Assembly (NCBI GenBank): GCA_036172245.1
Contig: JAYWIR010000062.1
Location: 558,001-622,000 of the forward strand
DNA from: Raillietiella orientalis
Taxonomy: Eukaryota
DNA: 64,000 nt
Reading direction: 5' to 3'
Under the pieces are notes generated by a model that did no database searches, was not told the DNA's origin, and worked only from the letters and a program-made list of their open reading frames with translations. This document shows positions 1 to 15,460 of the stretch, piece after piece (the first letter of the stretch is position 1; each line of letters opens with the position of its first letter). The position numbers and the translations under genes are program-made.

Positions 1-1378
1 GTACCACTTAGCCGTCGGTGGCTCGGACCACCCCACCTCCCGCCTCTCCGCGCGCGGCAAATCGGTCCGCTCCATTGCCGGGGCGCTGTGTCCGCCTCGT
101 CGAGGCCTTCGGGCGGTCTCAGGGGTGCCAGTCGCTTTCGGTGCTCCCCTGTGGCTCACCACGGAGCGGAGGGAAGGGCGCTGCTCTGTTGCGGCGGCGG
201 CCTATGGGCTGCCTTGCGCGGTTGACCTCGTCACTGTCGGGGATTAAGAAGGGACGGCGATGACCTCCAGCGTGGCGCCTACTCCCGGAGGCCTCCGCCT
301 CCCGTCGCTCACCGCCCTGAGCGCGCCGGACGGGAGGAGAAGGGGGGGTGAGAGGGTGGGATGGCGGTCACTTTTGGCAGCCTCCCCGCGCGCTGGCCGC
401 CCGGCCGTAGGAGAGCGCGATCTGGGCCCGCGGCCGCTGGGGACGCTCCCTCAGGCCAGAGAGGGGGCGGGACGGGGAAGTGGTATGCGCGGACTCACCC
501 GGGATTTCTCTTCCTGCCAGGCCACTCCAGAGGAGGGGGAAGAGGAGGCGGACCCACTCGGAGCCCAAGAGAACTGTGAGTCGCCAGCTGCCGCCTTTGC
601 CTGGGGCACCAAAGGGTGGTCAAGTGCGGTTGGCAGCGAAAGAGCCCTCCGTCGCTTCCGGCGCCGCCGGGCTGATCCTCTCGTCTCCACATAAATACCT
701 ACCCTCTCCCTGCCCTCTTCGTCTTTTCGACGCCCTGGGTGGAAAGCGGGATGAGGTCGTAGACCGCCGGAGGTGACCCCCGCACCTCTGACGTGACAGA
801 GGCAGATGGGGGGAGGAGGGAGAGGACACGGGTCTGGTCAACGATGCGGATGACCCGATCGCTGAAGCGCCTCAGGCGAGGGGGTCCTCCTCCAGGAAGG
901 TGCACCCGGGAGCGTCCCGGATCCCTCCAGGGGCAACGGGAAGGCAATCGGAACGGAAGGAACAGGACGCGCTATCTCCCTCTTCCGAGGGAGGTCGGAA
1001 TGGGGATGGACTCTCTCGCAGCAGGACAGGACACGATGGGGTTCCCCACCTGCGAGGGCTGCTCCCCGACGAGGCTTCGCTTCTCCTTTTCCTCCTCACT
1101 CCCTATATCGAGAGCTTGAGAGAAGTGCGCGTTGCCCCGAGGAGCAGCCAACCAACCTCTGAGAATCTGCCCCTCGCCGTCCCTGTGAGCCCCTCTTCCG
1201 GCAGCGCGGAGGGCAAGAGTCACGCGACCTCGGCAGGTCGCCGCCGCGCTTCCGGGAGGTCCTGCAGCGCGCACGCTATGGGGGCGGTGGCGGGGGAAAG
1301 TCGCCGCGAAGGACCTCGGTCCGACACAGCTTCCGGGTGGCGGCGCGCATCCTTCATCTCCGGAGCACCGTTGCCTAG

Positions 1379-4300
1379 ATATGAGGACGGCCTTTCGGAT
1401 GCTGGACAAGGACCATGACGGCAAAGTAGGCCTGGAGGACCTCAAAGGGATGCTCTCCCGGATGGGGCTGCAGATGGACGAGGGGACCATCAGGAACTTC
1501 CTGGCGCTTTCCAGTCAAGAAGGTGAGCGCGCTGTGAGCGCCTCCAGCCTTCCTCCCGCGGGTCGAGGTCACCTCCCTCCTCTCCCTCCCACACCCGCTG
1601 AGTTCGCCGCTTCTGGGGTGGAGCGGGGAAGAGAGCGAGGGCAAGGCAGAGCTGCTTACGCCGATAAGGAGGGTCCTCCCCCGCATGCATGACCCCCACA
1701 TGCCGAGAGCCGAGAGGGAGGTCAGGGACCGCCATCAGCGGATCCCGGACTTCTCCCTCGCCCAATCTTCAGCTGCTCCGGGGACGGAGGTTCGGGAGTT
1801 TCCCTCGAACAGGGGGAGCTGGAGGGGTCCCTTCCGAGCGTCAGCACCGCCGGGAATCCTTCTAGGGGCTGGGGAGAGCCCGTGCCCTCGATCTGCTCAC
1901 AGGACCCCTCCTTCCTCCCCGGAGGCCGCAGGGGCCGTTTTGCTCCTCTTCTGCCGCTGCCCTGCCGCGAGAAGGCGCTGCTCCGGGCAAAAAAAAGGAG
2001 ACTCTTTCCCCTCTCCTTTTTCCAAATTCCATCCGGCCCTAGGACATCAGCTCCTAAAAGGGGGGGACCGTGGTGGCTCCAGAGCACGGAAATCTTCGTC
2101 CGCCTCTGGCCCTCGCCGTCGCCAGACGCGCAATCCCTCCACCTCCCTTGGGTCTCCTGGAAGGAGGGAACGCGGGGCTGGGTTCCCCTCCTCTCCTTCC
2201 CTCCCTCCCTGGTCCTATGCGGACCCACCAGACCAGACCCGAAAGCACGCCGGGCTCTACACCCGGCATCCGGGGCAGCCTCCCACACCAAGCGTCCCAC
2301 CGGCCGCAGAGCGCGATCTGCCTATTTCCCTCCTCTCCCCCGGCCGTATGTTCTGCCCTGCCACCCTCTGAGTCGCCGTCTTCTCTCCCCCTCCATCTCC
2401 CGGAAACTGAGGGTGCGGGACCCTCTCGGAGGACGGATAGCTTCCCTAGTCGCGGCGGGAGCAGCAAAAAGGGCAGGGGGGAAGAAAGGGGAGGCGACCG
2501 CCTTCCCCCTCCCGTCCCGTCGGCCCGTTCTGGAGGGGGTGAGGCTGCGGCGGAAGGCAAGGGCGCTCGGGGCGCGACGGACCTCCGCCGCTCGTCGGCG
2601 CCCGACCTCCACGCGTCAGCGACGAGGACGACGGCGACGAGGTCTCTTGCAGGGCACATCTTGATCGAAGAGGACGAATTCCTGGAGAGGATGGATCACT
2701 TCGTTGCCAAGTCCCTCCTCCCGGACGACTGCTCCGCGGATCTGCTGGCTGCGTTCCAAGTCTTCGACAAGGACTCCAACGGCGTCATCAGCAAGGTAGC
2801 GGCTCCTAGCGCTGGCGCGTCCTGCGTTGGTGGCAGAGAGGTTCGCATCCCTGCGGGTCACAGCAGGAGCCGCAGAATCCCCAGGGTGCAGCCCTTCCTC
2901 AGGAGGACAGCAGGAGTCCTCCCGTGCTGACTGCACGGAGTGCGCGCTCTCGTGCACCTCGACAAGACCTAATTCTCTTCTCCCCTTCCTCCTCATCCTT
3001 CTCGAGTGAAGAATTCAGGATGCTGGGTTGGAAGTGGCAATCTCCCCTAGCGAACGGATTTAAATGGGCAAGCAGCGCGGACACGGGATTTCTTACCCAA
3101 CAGCAGTGAGATGAGACGAAAGCAAGTTAGCCAGATCGCCCCATGTACCCCGGTAGGGTCGCGGGAGACTTGGGGGTCTCCTCCCCCCCGTGGCAGGTGC
3201 AGAAGCGTGGGGCTGCCCTGATGCCTACGGAGCACGCCATCCCGGATCAACCTCCTCCTCGAGGTCCCCCCAAGTCCCGAAAAGTTCGTTCGGAATGGAT
3301 GAAATCGGAGGGTCCCTGTGCTCTCGGAAGTCAGCCGGTGAGCGGCTGAAGTGCTTCCGGGGCTGTCATCGTGCCGGGACCCCGCCCTCCCCCACTCGAG
3401 AGAAAGAGGGCGCTCTCTTCGGGCAAGAGAGCGGAGCGTTGCGCTCGCCCGCGACCGCAGGAAGTGATCGGCACGGGAGTTGCCCGGGGTTGCTTCCGCT
3501 GTCAAAAGGTGCGTTCCCGATGCTGCCTGGCGGACCTCACCGCAGAAGCCTATCCTGGATGCCCGCTTTTCCCACGCCCGTAATCCAAGTGGCGGGTCCT
3601 CCGCACTCGGAAACGCCTCCCTGAGGTGTCTCCTCGAGTCTTCCGAAAGTGTCCTCTCCTCCCCGAGAGGGAGGTCTCTGCAGAAGTCGCAAGAGCATCC
3701 CCTCTGCACACACTTCCCTCTCGGGTCAAAGAGAGACGCCATCGACCGGGCGCGGAACTGAGGAAGTCTGGTCCATCGGAACTTGTTCGGACACGTCCTT
3801 GGGGCATCGTGGGCGCATGAATTCGGCTACCATAGACTTAAAGTGCACAGCACCTCTGAATTTCTCCTTCCGAAGATGCAATTAAAATTAGGGATGCTGT
3901 GCAAAGCGCAAGGAATGATGCGAAGATCTTGGAATGGATTGATGGAACCACAGCAATTAGCCGGTTGAATCGGTCACCTTATACAACAGGGTGATTTGCA
4001 ACGAAGTAAGTTTCAAGCATCCGTACAATACGAAATACATGTACAAATTAGGTATACCACGCGAAGGAACTCGGATTTCCTCCCTTGCCCCCTTCCCCTC
4101 TCCTTCTTCCCCACCCTTCTTTCGATGCCCGGCTTCTGACAGTTCACTTTTGGGGGAGGCGTTTTGTCGAGGTCTGCCATGCGCCGCACCGGAAGCCAAG
4201 CGGCCCGCCTCTCACGCGATGGCAGGCGTGGGCGGCGCCCGCTGCCCTGGGGATTTCGACGGGTGTTTTCGCTCCCTCCTTTTAGGGCCGCGTCGGCACT

Positions 4301-5962
4301 CCTTCCCTCTGACCCGAGCCGACAAATCGGGAAGGCGCGGTGTCGAGCACCAGCAGGTGGGAACAGAGATCTGAGAGCACCGCAGCGTGCTCCACCGACA
4401 CCCGTCCGTCAAAGACACCGCCGCGTGCCTGCAGCCGAAAAGGCGTCGGCCGCCACGAGAATTGGCAGCGCTTCAAGATGTCTGTCCGCTCTGCCTGCCG
4501 ATCTATCCCGAGTCTGGCAGCTGCCAACGATTTTGGGAACGGGTAGATCGATCCTCAGTACAACGATGGCACCAGGAGCACCTGGCACCAGTATCGACTC
4601 TCCTGGACAACTTGCTCGAAGATGAAGTCCTTCAGGAGCTTTCTATACGTCACTCGGTTGCCGCACGTCCTTTCAGGAGTAAGGCTTGCATCCTAACAAA
4701 TGTGCGCGCAGGAAGAAGCTGCTCATCCGGCTTGCAAGCAGTGCGGTGGTGCCATGGTCAATGCACACAATTCCACGTTCGAAACCTCCTCCTCCTCTTC
4801 GTCGAATTCTTCACTCGAGAGGGAAGAGGAGGAAGGAAAAGAAGGAAAAAGTAAGGGAAGAGGAGGAGGAAGAGACCACCTACCTTGGATTCACGAACAC
4901 CCGCAATGTCCTCTCTAGACTCCGCCTTCCAAGCACGTGCTTTATCTAGGGAATCGGCTGAAAGAGCAATCCGTTTCGAGAACGCGCTGTGTGGGACGGT
5001 TCCCTACGACGAGTCTGGGGCACGTACCTCCCCCGGTGGCTTCCTTGCTGCTGCTGTTTAGCGTCCCCTCCGTTGGGATACGCGAGCTACTGCTTTCCAG
5101 GACGATCCTTTGCCGCAGCGGGCATTCGTCCGACCAAACTCCATGCTTTGAAAGCCCGCGTCTGAGCTCCTTCTACGTGCGCGACAGATGCAGTGACAGA
5201 TTAAGGTGAGACCTCGACTCTGTGTATCTGAAGAGGCTCGGGACTTCAAATCTGGAACTCGTCCGCGCGGAATGACTTGATCCAGATCTTCGCGACGCCT
5301 CGACATGGCGCTCCCTGTCGCCGCCTGGACGCGAAACTCCAGAAAGGCCTGAACAAGTTCCCCGGCATCAGCGCCGGATGCGTCCACGAGCGTGTACCCT
5401 ATTCCCTCGGTGCGCCAGGAACGCCACCAGGCGCGAAGCTGACGACGACGACGACGTCAGCGTGCTCTCGCCCGTGATGAACCTGAGGAGAATCGTGCGT
5501 TGCAGCAGAGCAAGCAGGGAGGCGCAGAGCGAAGGATCCCGGTGGAAGAATCTGAGGCGATGATTCCAAGGAAATGCAGTTCGGGGGCAGCGACGGGTTC
5601 CGGAACCGGTAGAGCAGCGTCCGCCTGGTGTTGCCCTCCGAATGCTACCTTAATTCTCACATCGCTCGATAGATGGTGCGCGCGCGCGTGCTCCAGCGCC
5701 CGGTGTGTTCGTTACGTGTGTGAATCAAGTCGAGGTGGACCGGGAGATCAGCCACGCGATTCTCGTTATTTTAGGAAGAACTGAGAACAGCCCTCGAGAC
5801 GATAAGAGAGGATCTGTCCGAGAAGGAAATCGTCGATCTGCTGCAGCTTGTCGATACAGATAAAGATGGCAAAATCAGCTACCAGGGTAAGGGAACTGCA
5901 GCAAACCTTCCCACGCAAACCTTCTCGCCACGCTTTCAGAATTCGTCAGATGCTTGATGTGA
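1379..5962 (+). CDS. Eip63F-1: Calmodulin-like EF-hand calcium-binding protein, E63-1-like; exons 1379-1522, 2653-2795, 5775-5886, 5940-5962; 5' exon(s) unresolved
   Basis: GT-AG junctions are phase-consistent. The product reads (D)MRTAFRMLDKDHDGKVGLEDLKGMLSRMGLQMDEGTIRNFLALSSQE|GHILIEEDEFLERM...DLLAAFQVFDKDSNGVISK|EELRTALETIREDLSEKEIVDLLQLVDTDKDGKISYQ|EFVRCLM*. It has three canonical EF loops and a degenerate EF2 (SSQEGHILIEEDEF), matching my recollection of arthropod E63-1. The symbol denotes family resemblance, not proven orthology. Confidence 0.85.
4300..5600 (+). mobile_element. Highly decayed L1/Tx1-like LINE ORF2 remnant inside an intron of the EF-hand gene
   Basis: Fragmented frames contain EADDDDDVSVLS...RASREAQ (like RT YADDVSV...ASGAKIN) near 5436-5530 and SGTRPRG (like G.RQGCPLSP) near 5250, with many stops and frameshifts. 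Confidence 0.45.
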
Positions 5963-7639
5963 CGAAAGGTCAGCAGGGAGATCCATGAATCCTTCGACCT
6001 CTCCCCCACTTTCAAACATTAAACGTAGTGACAGTGCTATACGGGGAGAACCGCGCCGTTCCCATAGGAGTTGCGGTTGCGGTAGAAACCAGACTGAAGA
6101 CGAATTCTGTGATCACGCTTTCGGGAAACCCTTCCCGGAAAGGAAAGACAGGGGGGAGAGGGTGAGGCGGGGTGGGAGGGGAAAGACGAAAAGAATAAAT
6201 GCAATGGTAGGAAAAGGTGAAACTTCTTGAACCGTTTTTTTTTTTTGGTTTTTGGGAGCTGCTTCGGAATGGTAAAACGGGGGCTGGGAAGGTGCGTCTC
6301 GGGATCGAAAGCAAAAAGGCAGCTCGGGACGTTCCCAAAACGAACGATGGCCTCGACGAAAGCAGCTCTCCTGATTGCAATTCCCCGCCCATTCCTTGCT
6401 GGCTTCAGGTAACGGAGGATGGAAGGCCGACAGGCAGGGAACGAGGCGTGGCTGCTCTCAGAGTCCCTCGGCTGTGTCCAAGGCGGAAGCATCGACAAAG
6501 AAACCGCTGTTCCTCGTCCGTTCGTGGGCAGCAGCGCCTTCGCTGCTTCGGGGGCGCCCTTGAGGAAAGCCTAACCCAGCAGCGAATCGGGGCGAAGGCA
6601 GCCGAAAAACTGCGGAGCGAACCGGGCGAGAACCGGCGCCTTGGCACGGAGGAGTTCCCTTCCGGGACACGGATGGCCTCACTCCCCGGTTGCTCTTCCA
6701 CCAGTTTCAGAGCCGGTTGAAGCAACGGCAGCGGCGGGCGCTGGTGCTACAAGGAAGTGGGGGCATGAAGCTTTGACCGGTTCCGCAAACGCCCGGCGTT
6801 TCCCTTCCCATACGTCGGCTTCCGGAACCTCAGCTTCACCCCTGTTCTCCATCCTCCCTTGCGCGGATGACCCCCACCTCGCAGCTGCTCAGAGCAGGCG
6901 AAGAACGACCGCGCTTCGGCGAGGGTCTGCGGGTCTCGGAAACCTTCACTGCCAGCTTCGACCCGACGCAGGCAGAAGAGGGCTCCGAAGCGCACTAAGA
7001 GTGGTGTTGCCGTGAGCAAACACGAAGCACTTCGTGATTGCAATTTGACAGACCGTGAGCGCACCGTATCGCCGGACTCGCCGCCAGCCACCCCATCGCG
7101 GGCAGGAAGGAACTGTCGTCGGCATCACAAGAAGAATTGCGTTTTTCCCTCCTAGTTCTGGTAACTAGAAGGGAAGCAAGTTCACGATCCACCTTTTCCT
7201 CAGCAGATGTTTGTTCGTTCGTTTGTTTCCACGGTGATTCTCGCCAAGGAGACCTGAACATCCCAAAGCTACTCGTCCGGTCTCTCCTATTACTACTGCA
7301 CGCCAGAATTCGCGCTTTTCACTGTGTGCTCAAGAGGACCCCTGAGATCCGAATGTCTACGTTGTCAGAAACTGTCCCCAGAAACCTCATTCCCTTGTTT
7401 CCTTCCTTCGATGTATCAACACGGAAATAGGGAAATAGGGGAACTCGCGTACTTTCCTGCTATTCGAGTTTGCCTCTTTCGCCCCGGGTGCGCAGGGGCG
7501 TTGATTTAAAAACTATCCGAGAACAACGTTCCCAGGCAAAGGGCGCAGAAAAACGAAGGGAGGGCTCCCCGACACGCAGGTCGGTAAGACCGAAAGTCCG
7601 GAACGGGAGGGAGGGGACCACAAATAAATTTATAAAAAA

Positions 7640-8420
7640 AATACAAATAAAGTTATGGGGGAAGGGAGTTAGGGACAGGGGTCCTTGGTATCGGCCGTTC
7701 CTTCCTTTCAGAACCGGCGGTGGATGCCGGAGATCTCGTTCCTTGCGTGTTCCGGAAGATGAGGCCTGGCGGCAGCCGACGTCATGTTTTCGTCGGCTAC
7801 TCCGGTGGCCTGTCGACGAATCGCCTGCGTCTCCAGCTCTCGGTGGGCCTTGTCGATGGCGCAACGGACCGTTGCGACCATCGCACCTAAGGACAGGCCG
7901 CCTGGCGTGAAGAAGCGGCTCATCAAATCCCTTGCGGTGTCCCCCTGGAGCAGGAGAGCTGAGTGCAGCCTCCTCCACAGTCCTTGGAGGACACCGCAGT
8001 CCGAAAGCAGGTGCGGGAGCGTTTCGGCTTCTCTGCACCTTTTGCAGTTCGGGGAGAGAACTCCCCCGGAAACACGGTTCGTCCGCTGGTTGGAATGGAA
8101 ACCCCAATGCACCAGCATGACAACGTCCTGTTTCCACGAAAGGGGGAACACAGAAGTGTTCGAGCACGAGGGAGGGACCACAAGTTCTTCGGGGGGCACA
8201 CTTAAAAGTTACCTCTACCGAAGGAGTCCCTTCGGGGTGTGGCGAGGCGTGGCGGCGTCTGCCAGCTCGCAAGTCCTCCAGCCGCCAATGGGTCGTGTTC
8301 CTGCGATGGTGCAGGCGACCTCCCATCTCGCCGGTAGGCAACCGTCCTCACTTGCCCTGAGGGCAGACAGTGCTGCAGCAAGGGGCGTGGCGGCAAGGCT
8401 GGTCCACTTGCCCTAGCCTC
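7640..8420 (-). mobile_element. LINE ORF2 C-terminal (zf-RVT-like) remnant with 3' UTR
   Basis: ORF 7708-8199 contains CKRCREAETLPHLLSDCGVLQGLW, the C-x2-C...ET..HLL..C...W zinc-knuckle motif of L1/Tx1 ORF2, followed by a pyrimidine/AT-rich tail. Confidence 0.7.
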
Positions 8421-10459
8421 GCATCACATCCTCTTGCTTGAGACGAATTTGTGGCACACTCTTGTCCTTCATGAGGGAGGGTGAACGAAAGGAATCAGGA
8501 TAAGGGACAAAACGAAAATGAAAGGGGGTCTTTGTAGGAAAGGCATAAAAACACGCCTCCTTCAGGAAGAGGAACTTTGAAATCGCAATTTCTTGTTTCC
8601 CTCTAACTGCACACATTCTTCATCTAATTCACATTATGAACTTGCGGTCTCTCTACCAATTTAATACTTTAAAAAAAGTAAAAAAAAAAAAAATTATTTT
8701 TAATTAAAAATAACTTTTAAAATGACTTTTAAAAGTTTTAAATCTTTCTTCCACATCTCGGATTGAGAAACAGATTCCAGTTTTACTTTCTTTCAGATTA
8801 CATATCTAAAACTCATCCTCCACAAATGCTGAAGTTTTCCATTATTCGAGAGCTCAACCCATTCCACATATAAAGAGTCGATGTACACAAACTTGCAATA
8901 AGTTTTGTTTTGAGAGCAAAGTGTTTTTTTTTTTTTTTTCATGGAAGTCTTCTGAAGCGCTTTCTTTGCTTTTCTTTAGCTTTAGAAAATTTTTCCATTA
9001 CTGAAAGTTTGCTATATCAGTTAAAACCAAAAGCACATCTTGACTACAAAACACTGCAGAATCAGAGCATCGGTGAAAAGAAAAGTTCATCCAGCAAAAA
9101 GTTCAAGTATGGAGCTGATTTTTCATCAATCACTTTCTCATTGTGGGGGTATGGTTAGAAGGCATGATGAAAGAGTAGGAACGAATATAGGTTCGTATTG
9201 GTAACAAAAAGCAATGTGTTATAACATCCTGTCAGTATCTTTAGCATTTTTAAAAAACATTTATTGAAAAGAGAAAGTTATCCCCCATCTCCCTTTCTGT
9301 TTTTTTCCTTTGGGGCAGTTTCAAGCTAACATCCCCAGATTTCGGAACAGTATAAAAGCTGAGAATAACGATGAAGGAATATTGGTTGCAGGACTGAAAG
9401 GCTCAAGGAATGTGTATTGTGTTCACGTTGATAAGATTCTGTACTCATAAAGAAGGTCGTGCTGAAATAATCGACGTCTTCTCATTTCAAACCAATTGGA
9501 GATCTTTAGGCTAAACGGACCAGATGTCCTGAGAAAGGCAAGAACGGTTGAGAACAGAAACCAATGGGAACCACATAAAATGCTAAGAGTCTTGGTTTCG
9601 TATGGTCATCACTTCTTATTGCCTTAAAGAGAATATCCCACTGCTGTAAACAACACCAAGATTTCATTTGATCTATAATGGTCCCTCGAAATCCCACTGA
9701 AAACTTATGATTTAGAATTCATAAGATTATGAGAAGACTGGAGCCTTCATATGAATATTTGGGTTATTTTCTCCATGTTGGATGTTTAGACGGAAATCGA
9801 AGGAAACTCTCATGTTTTTAATTTAACTTTCCACATCACGTCCAAATAAGTTAGAGGGAACATATCTGAATGTCCTCTATTTGTGTATTGTACGTATTTA
9901 ACAGGGAAACTTTCTATTAATCTATCATGCAACCCAGTTAATTTTGTATGCTCATTGCTGAGATCACACATCATTAACCTCAGTTATGTCAGCTTGAATT
10001 CACAGTTTCGATGCGTGTTTGTGATTCAGCGTATTCATTTGTGAACCCGAGTCACACTTTCACTCTAAAATTCATAGAAGCAGAATACCTATTCCTTGAC
10101 TTCTATGAATAATCGAAAGCTTCCTTCATCCACTTTCTGTAAGAAAGAGTACATTCCTTTGAAACGTAGGGAATTAAAGAGCTTATAAACTCAGCATACA
10201 TTACTGACCGCATCTCAACGCAGAGGAAGATGATTTGAAACTAAGAAGAAAAATTAAGAACCAAATTATTGCAGTAATTGTCGAAAATAAGTTATTGAAA
10301 CTAATTGTTGAAAACTAAGAAGAAAAATGGATGAGTGTGACGTTGAAATTAGGGTACCAATATCAGTTTGCGCCAAAAAAAAAAAAAAAACTGTCGTTGT
10401 AATAATGATAATGCTGATGTGTGACGTCTTGAGAGACATTTTGTTTCCCCAAAGCGGAG

Positions 10460-10510
10460 CGATGGAGGCGCGGATCACGTGACCGCTGCCGGAAGGCGCG
10501 CGTTCTTTGA
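10460..10510 (+). promoter_or_regulatory. Small CpG-rich promoter-like island upstream of Fdx2
   Basis: GCGCGGATCACGTGACCGCTGCCGGAAGGCGCGCG contains a palindromic E-box (TCACGTGA) and an ETS-like CCGGAAG. It lies ~170 nt upstream of the inferred Fdx2 ATG in AT-rich DNA. Confidence 0.5.
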
Positions 10511-10661
10511 AACGGCCGTTCCATTTCCCAATCTCCGTGCTGCACCGTGGGGGGGTCACATCCTGTCATCGGAAATTCAGCAAGGCCTCACTGAATTGAA
10601 ACAAACAAACGGAAAAGCAAGTTTTTTCTTTCTTGTTTTTTTTTTTTTCTTGCCGTACGTA

Positions 10662-12286
<1,625 letters not shown>

Positions 12287-15019
12287 AATGTGTCTTATTT
12301 CAGAAAATATATTTCTGCTTATTTCCCGTTATTAATCGATTTTTTTTTGTTATTGCTTGACATTGGGATGAAGGTAAAAATGGTGATGTTGAACAAGAAA
12401 TGCATTTGTTTCATTACATGTTTAGAAAATTAACCATCATGCTCGTGAATACTTTGTTGTGTTAACATTTATAAGATCTTTGTGTCATATTTTTTCCCAT
12501 TTAATCTTAGAATAAATGCATCTTAATGTATTTTGTTTTTAACATTGAGAACTGGATTCATGTTTGTGTACATGCATAAGAGAATGTGTCTAGATAAAAA
12601 TTGGGGATAGAAAAGCATACATCAGTGTCCCAAGTTTTGTTTAGTTGGAAATCATGAAACAAGGCAAAATTTTAGTGGTGTTGGATGAATCTTGCTCGTT
12701 AAAAAGTTGCAAGTATGAAGTGTATCCAGATTTCTGAACGCTGATGACAGTGGGTATGGGGTTTGAAGTCACTTATGCAATGGATATTCCTTAGCTTGTA
12801 AACTTTTCGTAAACATGTCCTGATGCTTGGATCTGATGCAAATGTGCAGATGAAAAAATGCCCTGGATAAGTTAAGTCATGAACAGGAGTCATAAATAAC
12901 TCTGGGTGCATATGGTTTGGGGAAAGAAATAATGCAGTGGATTAAGGGTGTGTTTGAAAATTGTTGTTCAGAATTAGCACTTTTATTTTCTGCTGCCATG
13001 AAGTTTTTTAAGATACAATTCGTGATGAAGGAAAAAGGTGACATTACTAAATGTCTTGAGCCATAATAGAGTTACTTGGACAGTTCAGTTGTGATGAGAA
13101 TTCCATTGTATGTTTATGGAATGCTTGAATTGCATCTTGCTACATCTCTGTTTGATCTCAATTAACATATATGGGCTGCATTTTGTTCATTTTTGCATTT
13201 ATATTCATTTGGTCACATTGATCAAGAAAAAAAATACATTTATTAGGTAGTTACTTTCGATGCATGTGAGCCAGGGATCTTGAATAGTATCTCATCAAAT
13301 GCGTATTTTTCGTTTTGCTTTCAGTTTGCAAGATTGGCATCAGGTTGTGGCTTGCCAAATATCAAAACAACTGCCAAGCAATGTGATACTTTGAGCTGAA
13401 AGGCAGTAGGAGAAAGCATAATGCGTCACTGTGCAAAATGTGCCCATGTCGCAGTGATGGTGAAAAGTAAATAAATGACAGTCTTGGTCTGTTTCAAACA
13501 CCGGCCTATGAAAGATTCAAGCAAGAGATCACAGTGTGTTCCTCATTTTTTTTCTCTCTCCCTCCCTCATTATTGGCAGATTGATCTTTCCATTGCTTTT
13601 TGCTTTACTTGACAGTGGTGGTGGGAGTTCTGACTCCTTGGGTAATGCAGAGCATTTGTGGCCTTTTCCTCCATGGCTTACAAAGCTCCACTCCAAGATG
13701 TTTCCCCCCACTGCAGTGCGAGTTTCACAATTCCACTTGCCTACAAAATTCCCCAGTGATGCATTGCAGCATTTTTCATAACTCATCTGCAAAATAGATT
13801 CTGTGAAGTTCATCAGGGAAATAATGGGAATCGCCCCCAAGTTCGTCATTCCCATGCAGGGAGTGCTGTACAGTGCTGCAGTCAATTTACATGCATGCTG
13901 TTGTTGAAGCACTGAAAATTTAATGGCGAGTGCCCGCAGGCCTTCCGCCCTCCTCCTAATAGGCACGGTAAGACGAAGGCAATAGATTTTTCCCTTTTGT
14001 CTCCACAGTCCCTAAAAGTTCAGGCAAGTACCCGAAATGGAATCCTTGCCTACAGTGAAGGCAAACAGAAACTGGCACAATACTTTAAAAAAGAAAAAGA
14101 AAAAAAAGTGGCCTGTGCCCAGTAGCATTCGCAGCCACGAATGCACGGGAAATTCGTGCCCATCGAGTTGGTTGTGTGATTTGCATCTCATAAGATGACT
14201 TCAGGTAGTGCGTGGAGAAATGGCAGTGTCGTCCATGACGACGCATCTGCCCTGAATGTTTGCTACGAAAGATCGGTCTCACGCAAACGTTTCGAGTTCC
14301 CGAGTTCTGCATGAAGGCATCGGATCGCCCCCCCTCCCCTTCCCCACACACACACACACACACAAAAAACAGTATGTGAAAACATCAGCACTGTGGTCGA
14401 TTTGTGGAACGACGAAAGTGCTCACGGGTGCACCTTAGCCTCAAAAATTCGCCACTCTTTTTGGGAAAAAGGCTTTTTTTTTTTTTTTTTTTTTTTAAGC
14501 TGTGAACGTTGAACGAAAATGGTCATCGAGTAATGGTCCCTTTCGAGTCTTTAACGAATTAAATGATCACAAACATCATGAAACTCAGTGAAACGAAACG
14601 TGTGGTATTAGCGACATTTACTTCAATTCGGTTTCATCTGCATCCTACCCACTGCCATTCCACAGATCAAGTAGCAAAAGTTCGATAGGTATGAAGAAAG
14701 CAAGAACAAAACAAGCAGGGAAAGGGAATCTTTCGCAGAAGTATTGAATTCACCACTGTCTTCGAGATGGCCTTACCGATTAGCTTGCAGGCAGTGCACC
14801 GGGAACATCCCATTTCTTGTAGCACGGACCGCCTTGGAGTCGCCTGGCGTCTGCACATTCCGCCCTGCGTGCCCATCCGCATATTACAAAAACTGTGGTC
14901 GGACCAGCGGTCCAACCACTGTGGGTCACCGCTTCGCAGACCGGCGCAGTCCCCCGCGGCAGCAGAGGGGAGGGGACAAACAGAAAGAAAAAATATAAAA
15001 TAAATAAATACACTTCGGG

Positions 15020-15460
15020 GGGATGCAGGAAGTGATCACTGTCTGCTGGTGCCAGTCCGGTCCGTCCCCTGCAGGATGTCGGCAAGGTCTTGTTGCAGGT
15101 GGGGCCACCGCGTTGCCATCCTCAGGAAGCGGATGGCGTCCCTGTCGCTGGATCCTCCGGTCGCTTTGCTCCGAGCAGCGACCATCCCGCGTAGGCAGCA
15201 CAGGACTCCCTGCCGCAGCCCTTTGCTGCCTACATGAGATTGTGGCGGCCTGGAGCAACGCCACTGGTGGACAGCACGATAGGGACGCCATCTGCTCCGC
15301 CCTGGACTTCCTGAGGACGGCAGCCAGGTGACCCCATCTGGGACGTATGCGGATGGAACTTGCCGGCATCCTGGAAAGGATGTAGAGGACGGCCTGCAGT
15401 GGAACGTGATCCCTTCCCCAGCCCCCCCCCCCCCCCGCTTTTGTAAATAGCGTTTCCTTT
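15020..15460 (+). mobile_element. LINE 3'-end remnant, same family as 60690-61570
   Basis: The translation AAALCCLHEIVAAWSNATGGQHDRDAICSALDFLRTAARWPHLGRMRMELAGILERM closely parallels AALCRLRGIVTAGSDTSGGGSCRDAIHLALYFSRRAARWPHLGNTREELASILERM at 61.3-61.5 kb. Confidence 0.65.

Noticed and set aside
18..1378. ORFs upstream of the EF-hand exons as its N-terminus
   Set aside because: Several ATGs and donors are possible (e.g. 844, or a donor near 1237), and none can be singled out from sequence alone.
8700..10260. Possible divergent gene sharing the Fdx2 promoter
   Set aside because: A few exon-like pieces exist (e.g. 9506-9697), but I could not build a phase-consistent or recognisable product.
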